Below, one piece after another: positions 12,320-22,850 of a stretch of DNA of 37,830 bases. Position 1 is the stretch's first letter. Every line of letters begins with the position of its first letter. Position numbers and translations under genes: made by a program. Source of the DNA: Cirrosporium novae-zelandiae. Taxonomy: Eukaryota. The stretch spans positions 806,001 to 843,830 of the forward strand of contig JAPETS010000009.1 of assembly GCA_026023565.1 (NCBI GenBank), written 5' to 3'. The notes beneath the pieces are model-generated. The model ran no database searches, was not told the origin of the DNA, and worked only from the letters and a program-made list of their open reading frames with translations.

Positions 12320-13309
12320 AATAGAGAGAGTAATAAAGGAAAAAAAAATTGGTTATGTGTGTAAACCCTTACTTAGGCTGTTGTTGGTTGGATTGATTAC
12401 AAACTATTACCCCCAAAAAGGTCATGAATCAGGAAATTATATTTTGAATGATGGATAACACATGGGAGAAAATCATAAATCTGAAAAATGAGAATGAAAC
12501 GTGCAGAGAAATACCAAAAAAGGGGATTCACATACCTTTAGTTACGAGGAAGAACGTTCTGGTGATTATACCTGGTATGTTTCTATTTCTAGTTACGGTT
12601 ATGACCATGATGAGTACGAATTGTCAAAGCAGATGTATAAGCAAGATATTTTCTCTGATGATGGGACTGCATTGATCTCTTCCTAGGAAGTGCTAATATG
12701 GCTATCTTCACACGCCTTAAAGGACTGCTTAATAACTTATCGACCCCCTCTCTTAAGCCCGATTGGTTTTTCATTTCCATAACATAACATGACTTTTTTC
12801 TGCCGTGCTTTGCTAGAGACGTTATATTTTCAACGTTACCAGAGCAGAGAAGATATGAAGATTGACGATGATCAAGAACCTCCTTCGTATCACGTTCCCC
12901 CAGACGTATGCCATGACAATTTCAATGAGAAAAAAAGTAAAAAAAAAGTTAAAATAGGATATATTTGAGCTTGTTAAAAATGATGAAGGAAAAAAAACAC
13001 ATGTTATTTAAAAGACTATGCTTGGTTTGCCTGCTCAGACGCTCAAGCTCCTTCTCAGCTTTAACCTCGCGGATGTCAGGCGTTCACTCGAGAGAACGAG
13101 TGAGCGAGAACCCGCTCCTCGGTGCTGGAGATGGATAGCGGAGTAATGGCTTATTGATTTGTTGTTACACACACAAGTCAGAAGCATGTCGACAATTGAA
13201 ACTAAAAACCAACAGAATATTGAATCCCGAGGTGGTGCTGTTTGACCGAATATCATGCTTGCTAATCATGACAATTTAAGAACCGTATCCTATGGTAGGA
13301 CCGGAAATT

Positions 13310-14850
13310 TTATTCTTCCATTCTCCCAACTATCATATCATCGTCATCATCATGTTGAGCTCTGTAATCATTCGCAGCAGAGTTTTCATGATCGTGACTC
13401 AGGTCTCCGTCAGACATTTTGACATCGCGAACCTCTGAAAGCTTGTGCTTCATCGGGGGGTTCCAATCCAAAGGAGAAAAAAAGGAATTCGTGAAACTGT
13501 TGCCGCTACTGATCATGGGACGAGCAGATTGCGACAAGAAATGTTCTGGAACCTTTGGAACCGGAGGGACATCCGAAGAGAAGCGTGTGGCACTGAGCCT
13601 GGGAGTTCCAAAACTGCACAATGATTCAGCTGCTAGGCTAGCTTCATCATCAGCCCTGATTCTAGGTTGCTCATTCATCAACTGGAAATGAGCAAATCCA
13701 GTCGATGCATTTGGTGCGCTTCCAATAAATGGAGAATGGGATTGGTATGAATTAGAATACGCCGAGCTGCTACTCCGATGCTTTCTTGAAAACCCTGTAC
13801 TAGAGATTGGAGAATACAACGGCTCATCTGGGTATGGAGGGGGTGTGGTCTCGGCTGAGCTAAAGTCTTCGTCTTCTTCTTCCTCTTCTTGATATTCAGA
13901 TGATCCAGAGGCCTCAGGGGATGCAGAGGAGTGATCACTATCAAAATTCTTTGCACCATCAGGAGACCCAGAGCTACTCAATCTCATGGTTTCAAGTGCC
14001 GTCGCCGCCTGGAGGATTTGTACTTGTTGATGCTTAGATATCAAAAGTTTCGAAGTTATCTGCCATTCAGGTGTATGCTCCCACCTTGACCACAAAATCA
14101 GCAAAAATTCTTGTTGACCTCAGGAATAACCTGGGAAATTATGTTGACCGAAGTCTCACATATCAAGTGAAGTATGCTTCATTATAAACATGCCTGGGGA
14201 AATGGCTGTGTGGAGTCAAGGGAATACGCACAGATGTTTTTCGAGACAACTGCTATGTTTGTACCCCTTCCCACATTTATCACATCTGAGTTCATTTGGA
14301 TGTGTTCTTTTACCTTCACCTTTAATAAGATGAGAACCTTCACTCGCACGTCGGTTTCTTGGCTTGGTTTGATGTTCCTTGATGGAGGCCAAGCCATCTG
14401 TAATGGCACTACCCCTTGGAGAATCATCGTCACTTTTATCAGGTGATTGAGGTGAGAATGCTCTGAATCCAGATATACCACCTAAGGAGGTAAACTCTAG
14501 TCCCTTTTTCGCCGTGAGGCTACGTCGGTGTGATCCAGTTGAAAAAGTCAATGAGCCTTCGCCATTTCCCTTGACGGCAGCAGCCATGGCAGCAACATTA
14601 CTGGAGTTTGTTGCACTCATGCTCTTCCTTCTCGAGACTCTATGTGTATTGTTGACAGCTCCAAGAGAGACCGAGTGTGAATGATGGCGTGTAGTGGCAT
14701 GGCGAGATGGCAGACTTGAAGAAGTGACGGACGACGTGGACAGTCTGTTTTGGTTTGCTGGCCGTGCGGTAGAGGCATCCTTAATCAAAAGACGGTCAGT
14801 GAACGGACCAGCTATCAAATGCAGATAAGGATAGAAACCTTGGAAGTCAT
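13310..14850 (-). CDS. Conserved fungal C2H2 zinc-finger protein (single finger followed by a WEHTPEW...LLISKHQQVQ motif), putative transcription factor
   Basis: Exons 14850-14839 (MTSK, tentative), 14779-14232 and 14084-13310. The second splice joins CDKCGKGYKHSSCLEKHL to WEHTPEW and completes the C2H2 finger. Both acceptors are AAG. The first exon and its GTTTCT donor are less certain. Confidence 0.82.
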
Positions 14851-17045
14851 GATCTGCGATGAGTATGCAACGACTCTCAAATCCCGGAAACCTAAATAGC
14901 TCCGAGCTTGAGAGCCGTCAAAGAATTACTGAACCAAAGAGAAGAGAAAGGATCGGAAGTCGGAGGGGTCAGTAGCAGAATGTCAATCCGGCTATGTTGG
15001 TAGGACTATGATTGGCAAGTGGTGTGGTATGAAGGGTTCCTGAGAGTAATTGCAATTGAGGGCAAATATTTTCAAGCGATTGCCAAACGTTCCTCGAGAT
15101 AGTTTTGGATTCTGTGGGGTTTCCTTGTAAAGCTATGGCAACCTGCAGGAAGACCTCCAATGATTTCAGTCGATGCGATCCAAGGAAGCGGGAGAGACAA
15201 TGAAAAGCAACGGGTGGCGGGGTTATTGAGGGGGGTTGTGATATTTCAACGACGGCGAGAATTGCAAGGGAGAGAAGGATTAAAAGGAAAAGGGTCGAGG
15301 AAAAGCGAAGCTGCAAGAAAAAAAATATTTATTTGTGAAGCAAGAATCGGACAAGCTGAGCGGAGGTCATTCGGTGCCTGAAACCAGCAGCAAGTCAGCG
15401 GCAGGGCCGAGAAAGTGTGTGGACACAACGAGTGAAGTGTGTGTGTGGGTTGAAGTGTATGGATGGGATAGAAGAGTTGGTAGAGCTGGGGGGGGGCGTA
15501 TGTACAGTACTGGGCGTGGCACTCAGATCATGGATGAGGAAAGGTATGAATAACAATACATTTTTATTAAATTTGGCTACGACAAGTTATTTGGCTATTA
15601 TTTTGGCTATTTGGCTCTTGGTTGAATGCCTGTCAATCCACGAGTCTATAGTTCAGGGATATTCCAGCGAGACGCCAACGCAAGAAAGAGCGATAGTTGC
15701 GATAGTTGCGATAGTAGAGATAGCGATTGATCGCTTGGTCTATTTTTTTTTTTTTTTCCACTGCTTTAAATGGCTTTAGATGGCGTTTGGGAGGGGGGGA
15801 GGGGGTAAGGGGGGGGTTACTTAGAGAAGTATGGAACGTATGGATTGAAATGATTAGTTAGACTAAGTTACTGGGGAAGGTGGAACAGGAAACCGAAAAC
15901 TAAGGTAATTACTTTAGAAACTGTAAATGGTGGTAAACTACACAACTTAATTATTAATTAAATACGTACTTGTAATTAACATGAACTACCCAGGTATGTT
16001 AATCAAAAAATCAAATAAAAAGATGAAAAATAAAAAGATGAAAAATAAAAAAAAAATAAAAGTATTTAGAATCAAAGGACAAGCACCTGGTCAAAGCATT
16101 TAAAACACGAGGTTCACCCACCCCCTTCCCTTCCAACAGGCCGAAAAAAGCCCCGTAAGTCGAAAGCATTCACTGGTTGTTTTGAACGGGAAAAGAATGA
16201 GAAGAATGGGCCAACTAACTATACCAGATGCAGGTAATACAAAGAGCAAGCATTCCAAAATCTTTCCAATGAGATGAAGATAAGGACGTTTGGTACAGAT
16301 GTAACTAAGAATAAAGAAAGAAAAAAATGGGACAGTGTCACGCTGCCACATTTTCTTATTATCCAGGTCTGGCTATCCTAAGACCCCATTCCTGGATCCA
16401 GATGGAAGTTTCATCCAGTCTTGCCCCTTCGCTTGGATCACGAATACAGAAGCATCATCTAATGTACATGTACTGTACCGTACTTAGTACTACGTACGCG
16501 GATCCAAATATACTTTCAGGTACTTTGCTACTTATAAATCATTTTCTAGTTCCGTACCTTTCTTTTCCGGTTGGAATTCACGCACGTACCATTTTTCTCC
16601 AGATTTCCGGCCAACTCCAACATTACATGCTTGGTTTGTATCATAAATACCATAATAGTAATAATTAATTAGCAATGAATTCAATCGGAATTGACCTTTG
16701 CAGCAACTTCCGACTTTCTCGCCCAAAGTAATGCACGCAATCGCCGATTCCGTTCCTTCCTCGGCATTAGCTCTCCGGAATCCGCGCTGTTTCATTACAC
16801 AAGACTGCACTATTAATGCTATTAATATTAAATAATTTAAATAATTCAAAATAACCTTGGCTCGTTACTTACCCCACATATCTTTTCTTTGTTTATTTAT
16901 TCTTAGGTTAGATTTGATGGAAAGGATGGCATTACATAGTTGGCTGACTGCTGACTGTTGGCTGGATGTAATTAAATTCAATACAGGTAATTAATTAGTC
17001 TAATCAAACCGAAAAAGCCGTTGGAGAAAAATACCGAGCATTGAA

Positions 17046-17107
17046 TTAACCAAATCAATCAACCAAAATCAACCAAATCAATCAATTCAATCAATTCAAT
17101 CAACCAA
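17046..17107. repeat. Degenerate (CAAT/CAAC)n microsatellite
   Basis: aaccaaatcaatcaaccaaaatcaaccaaatcaatcaattcaatcaattcaatcaacc. Confidence 0.7.
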
Positions 17108-19725
17108 GCATTTCCATTTCAAACCCTAGCAGATCTGTGCAACCGTCTAAAACGGGGGCCATCCTGGTTACATCCAGACAATTTGGTAACAGTTCCATGA
17201 TCCCATCTATCTACTCTTTCTTCCTACCTTATCTACCTCCATCTCCATCCTTCGTGGCTGACTGGCGTCAACCATAGCCCCATGTCATATTCCCTCGCCT
17301 GAGGTCATCTTGACCCATTCTAGCCTGACACAGTCTGGCTAGGTCGAAATTCTAACGCTGGATTCATTGAAATCAGCCGTGCACAACCCATCTACCTCAT
17401 TTCCAACCAGGCCACGAGGACAATGTTCTGGAAAAAAGAACGCATAAATATTTCCCTAGCTTTCCCAGCCTGAGCTTCCTGTTGAGGTACCACTGCGCCT
17501 CTCGCTGTACGTGTTATTCTGCAAGAACACGGTTCCCTTTCCAAAACAGGTATGTAACCTGCTAGCCATCATGGGAACTTGAAAGCTTATCTTGAAGACT
17601 ATTCTGAGCTCTTATATTCCCTTTTCAGTGCTTAAGAAAGCATGGTTAATTATTAAATGGAGGCGTTTATCGGTTTATATCAGATCACTTTTCATCATAC
17701 CATTTCTAGTATCCACAATGTTCATACGCCATTCCGTAATTTCGTACGTGTATTCCTCTTCATTTCTGTGGCGTTGGCATAACCCTTCTCCTTCATATGC
17801 ACCGGGTCTTCTTCTCTGAAAACAAGGTAGGTGGGAATTTGCTTATTACTAGCCAGCCTATTCTCGTTCAGATCTAATATAACCCCCCTTGCGAAATTGA
17901 CGTTTGTGTATCGATTACTGACAATGCATTTTTTGGGGCAATCGCACCGTCCGCCGCCATGGTGAATTTTTTGCCGCTAGTGTCTTATAAGGAGCTAGAA
18001 AGTCTTCGAGTAGGCATAGACAGCGGCCATATATTCAAACTGGCCGTGAGCCCCGTGGATTCTTCAGCTTCGGTGCGAATTTCACATCAATTACTACTCT
18101 CCAAATCACCAAGGTTCCCTTTACCTTTCGCAAATACTTTGCTATTCCGATGTGATTTGGCGATAAACATCTGTATAGCACCATAGATGGGCAAACGTGG
18201 AATACGTGGAAAAAAGGTTCATGGACTATATTTCCTTATTATCGCGCGAATAGTTTCTTGTAGACCTTTGTCATTTCATGCTTTTGCCCTAATATGGGTA
18301 TTGAGAAGGCCCACGTTAAAGAAAGTAGGAGAACTTTTCGTTGAATCGAATGGGTCAACCAACAACTATGTTCTGTGGATAAATACTGATATGCTCTGCC
18401 AGAACATATGGTATTGTGTGCTAGGGTGCTCTACAAACGAACAAGTGGAGTGTTGCTTTCACCCAACTCTTGCCCTTTTACCTGAGTATAAACTTAAGCC
18501 ACTCGAACGAAGCTTTCCTGGAGCAGCTAACCTGGCTCACCTGTATAAGTAGCGCCATCCGTCCATGGTGCTGCGTTCAAAGACCACTCTCGAAATACAC
18601 TTTTCATCCCCCAAACTACTCTTTGATGCTGAAATTCAATGTCTACTTTCTTGAAGGGGCTGTTATCGATGACAAAAATATCAAGACGGGGACGAAGAAA
18701 ACGAAACAGAACATGAAAAAGGATAATCAACTTTAAAAACCTATATAACTAGAATGTGCCAAGGCACCAGAGTGGAAAAATCCTTACCTCTATGCATGCA
18801 AGTTCCTATTTTTGAGCATAAAATCACTCAACGCTCTACAATTCACTTTTGCCACAAGTCCTGCATTACTGCTTTCCAATAATCTCAGACCTCGCAACTA
18901 AACTGTGGCCTGCACCCAGGTGAGATGTGAATTTACGTGTGACCAAATAACTACAGCATTCGGGAGGCATCCAAGGGTGAATAGTGCTACAGGATACAAT
19001 TATCCAAACCACATTTCAATAACGAGAAAAATTTCTCCAATCCACTTCAGAGAGGCATTTAGGTAATACAGAGACGAATACAGCCTCATGGAACAATAAA
19101 TACACTGCCAGCTTTTTAATTTCACTCCTTGGCCAACCGATATCCGTAACAATCAACCGGGAACGAGAAAACGACCTGCTCCAGTGAATAGCTGTTATTT
19201 ATACAACACCCCTACCAATTCCGTCACCCCATCCCATGGTTCAAAACAAAGCGAGCTGTTGGCCGAAATATATCATGCCCAAAAAGCCCCCTAAAGAGAA
19301 CAAGAATAGTTTCAACTTTGCAACAAGGCCTTCCACAACACCCCCCTCCTTCCCTATACATCTATAAAAAACCCGATTCACTATAACATGTCCATGAATT
19401 CTAGATCCCTTATCGCTTCCCAGAAGCTTCTCCTTCGCTTTCCTCTTCCTTAGTCGTCAAATCTCCACCGCACCCGCAGTCTCTAACAACCTAGGGAGAA
19501 TAGGGGCGTGTTGGGAACTACCGAGTATTAATATATATATAGTTACCGAATATTAAAGATTCAACGGTTCGATAGGGTCAAGAGTGAGTGGTAGAATATA
19601 TATATTTGTTCTAAGGGGACAAGGAATCATCATCTCAGGGGTAATGAATGCATAAAAGGTGGAGATAAATCCCCCTTTCCCGGGACACACTCCGCGGTGG
19701 GAAACCGGCGGATAATAGCGCCCTT

Positions 19726-21112
19726 CTATTCATCATCATCTAACGCTGCCGTTTTCTCCACCATTTCCTCCATCAGCTTCCTAACCCTCTCCCGTTCCTC
19801 CATCGGTAAGATATGGCCCTTGTTTTCAAACACCACCCCCGTGACCCCTTGCTCCTTACCACCAAGCTCCCTCATCAAAGTCTCATAATGCACAAAAGGA
19901 ATCATATTATCAATAGTACCATGAAGAACCTGAATCCTATCCCTCCCAACCTTATCGCCAAGTTCCCTGAGCTGGTCCGCACTCTTGTGGTGCCAGCCCG
20001 CGGCGATGGCCTGGAGCATGAATCCTTTCCGCGTGAAACCTTCGGTGTCGCAGCGTTTTTTGACCTCTTGGGCAGCGAATCTGTCGCCCATGGTTGGGAA
20101 GGTGCCTTCGGTGTCGGGGGAGTTGATGAAGTCGGAGCTGGCGAGCCGGGCTTTTATTTCGTCGAGCTGGATGTCGAGGTCTTTGGGGATGAACATGTTG
20201 ATGCGTTGGCGGAGGTTTTCAACGAAGCCCTGGGATCTAGTGAGTTTTCTTGTTCTTGAGAAAGATTCAGGTCATGGCGGCTGTGAGGTGTGTGTACTGG
20301 GGAGGAGGCTGTTTTGGGGGGGGGGGGGGTATTTGTAGAGCATACCACTGTGTTCTCAAGACGGGCGGCAGTTGACATCAGAGTCAAGGAGGCAGTCCTC
20401 TCTGGAATTAGTAGTCCCTTGATATGTCAGACTCAGGGCAGACATTAGGATGGCCGAAGGTCATACTAGCTCTTGGGCAATCATTCCTCCCATACTAACT
20501 CCAATGATATGTAGCTGCCTCTTCTCGGTCCATCCAACATAGTCAAGGAGCTCGACCACATCCTTGGCCATTTCCAGAGTTGAATACCTCATGGTAGGCT
20601 TGTCGCTCTCCCCGATCCCCCTATTATCAAAGATTAGGCATTGATATTTGGATCCTTGGTCGTGACCGAAATCCTTTGTTTGACGTTGCCAGGCAGTCTT
20701 GAAGCCGGCTAGGCCCATAATCCACTGAAATGCGCAACATCAGATACATGCTGAAAAGGGGTAAAGAAAGGACAACAAGGACAGATGCATAATAGATTGT
20801 TTAGACCGTATCATGAGATAGCGAGTTAGTTCTATCATGGATCATTGTTGATCAAGACCTTGGCAACAAGTTTTCACAAAATGTACATCGGGCAAGTAGT
20901 AGAATTTAGAGCCATACCACCATATGGATTGGGCCATGACCATGGATTTCATATGCGATGTTAAAAGGCCCTCCGCGGTTGGTAGCAACGGCCACCTTGT
21001 CCTTCTTGGTGGGTTGGAGAGGCCATGTCACATGTGCATACTCGGGATGCTCGATCAGCTCACTAACTTTCAGTTGAGGCCTGTTCGACAAGGGAGTGTC
21101 AGTATCAGTCAT
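19726..21112 (-). CDS. Alpha/beta-hydrolase fold protein (predicted serine hydrolase)
   Basis: Exons 21112-20918, 20724-20467, 20417-20346 and 20229-19726, all phase 0. Motifs WIMGL, FDNRGIGESDKP, GVSMGG nucleophile elbow, HGTIDNMIP (acid) and NKGHILP (His). Confidence 0.92.
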
Positions 21113-21323
21113 CGTGGTCAGAAAAGAAGTTGATGGAATATCTTAGATCGGATCTAATATAGAGTAGCTATGAAAGACCTTACATTGCTTCCAAATTATC
21201 CTCTCGTTTTTTACCTACTTGGGGTAGTGCTTGGTGGAGTAAATGACAACTCGGAGGATTTGTAGGCGCCGAGAAACCCGGGAAGTCCGAAAAGCCGTTA
21301 AGGTTATATTTCTCTATCGGCAA

Positions 21324-21341
21324 CGGGAGCAATACTGCCCG
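21324..21341. promoter_or_regulatory. CGG-N12-CCG putative AtrR response element in the hydrolase/atrR divergent region
   Basis: Sequence CGGgagcaatactgcCCG, 212 bp upstream of the hydrolase ATG. It matches the ATRE spacing described for Aspergillus fumigatus AtrR. A GTCACGTG E-box (minus strand) lies at 21378-21385. Confidence 0.4.
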
Positions 21342-21640
21342 TAAGTTCCGATGTTCACAATACACACCAAGGTATCACACGTGACAATCGAGGGCCTTTC
21401 GGAAATGCCGCGTCATAAATCCAATTTTATTGCTCCAGAATATTGTTGCCTGGAAGGCCCATGTCCACTCAATCCATCACACCTATCAATTGAAGCTGTA
21501 TACGAGTAGAAGACCTTCCTGTCCATTGTTGAAAGGACAGATTGTCTCTTTGGTCTATTGATATCTGTGGCTTGAATTACTTGGCTTATTGGAAGGGGAT
21601 GGAAAGACGTTGATCGACGTTTCATGTGATGATATATTTG

Positions 21641-21677
21641 AGAGCATGAATATGAGCATGAGCATGAGCATGAGCAT
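21641..21677. repeat. (GAGCAT)n hexanucleotide microsatellite, about 6 copies
   Basis: gagcatgaatatgagcatgagcatgagcatgagcat. Confidence 0.8.
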
Positions 21678-22339
21678 ACCATTATTATTATAACCAAGAA
21701 GGTTTTTGCCGCTTTGTATTTTATTCTCGCAAGGTTGACAATTATTATTATTTTTCTCTTCTTTGCCATTGCCACCCTCCTCTATTGATCCGCCACTGCA
21801 CGGACAAGAAACAAAAGCCGATATCTCCATTGAAATCTGAAGGATTGTTTGCAAGACGGCCTTCCGTTTTCGGGATATCTAAAAGATTTCATTGGGGACT
21901 TTTTTTGTCAGAAAGTGTTGGCATTTTATTTAACGCAATTGTCACCGCTAAATCCATTGTTTTTGTTGCCAATCAAATCTTTATAAATCAAATCAGAGCA
22001 AAAAGTGGACTGAAGCCATTCTTTTTTACTCAGTACCATCTGACTAAAAGGTGATGAAACGGGGGAAGGGCACTTGGTGAATATCCATAGTAGGCAAGTG
22101 GTGCCATGTTAAGTTAGTCTCATGTTTTTCATCCGCTCCCCGTTCGCTTGAATTTTAGAGTTGGCTTGATTAACGTGCTATCCAAGTCCAACCTTCTAGT
22201 ATACATGAACCTGACTTGTCAAAAAGTTAGCCAAGCTGCCTTTATTTGTGCGATAAACGATATACGAGCAAATACCTAAGCTCACACCTGACCACCCCAG
22301 AAACCAGAAATTCCCGAGTGCGAGTGCGAGGAAACAGAA

Positions 22340-22378
22340 AGAGTGAGAGAGAGAGAGAGAGTGTGTGTGTGTGTGTGT
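22340..22378. repeat. Compound (GA)n(GT)n microsatellite in the atrR upstream region
   Basis: A GA run followed directly by a GT run, about 470-510 bp upstream of the atrR ATG. Confidence 0.85.
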
Positions 22379-22850
22379 AAGAAACGAAGACCTGGGCTGG
22401 GCGTAGTCAAAACAGATCCCTGACTTTTACGGCGGTCATCGGCCGACACGCCGAGCGATACCCGACCACGCCGGCATTGAAGAAAATCTAGGGTCACTTA
22501 GGCAGGGCCAAAGGGCTTTCTGGGCATCATCGTCCCCAAAAGTCTTGTTTTTCTTCACCACTACTATCTCGATTTTTCAATAATTCCCTTCCTGATTTGC
22601 TACATACATCTATTATACGAACGGACGAACGGTATTATTACCATCTCACCCCTTCATATAATATTTGTCTCATCTATCCTTACTACCCATCCCTCCCCCC
22701 CTCCCCCCCCCCCACTTGGCCCAATTTGTCGGGTCATGACGAAGAGTCTTAATCGATAGCATTACTTCAAAACATCCGCCCACTGTCCACACTCATAGCC
22801 CGAACCAATATCTTACCTTTTTCCACCTTCCACCACCAAGTTAAGACATC

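Noticed and set aside
12608..12658. ATGATGA ... CTGA box C/D-like pair
   Set aside because: Only about 51 nt long, with a weak terminal stem, no C'/D' boxes and no rRNA complementarity I could identify.
12405..12785. Acidic, Tyr-rich frame with four internal stops, a possible pseudogene
   Set aside because: Stop density is near random expectation and no family motif is recognisable. The argument that the stops revert by C>T applies to every stop codon.
14969..15316. 115-aa minus-strand ORF with a signal-peptide-like start
   Set aside because: No ATG (TTG start). The hydrophobicity comes from the pyrimidine-rich leader of the C2H2 gene.
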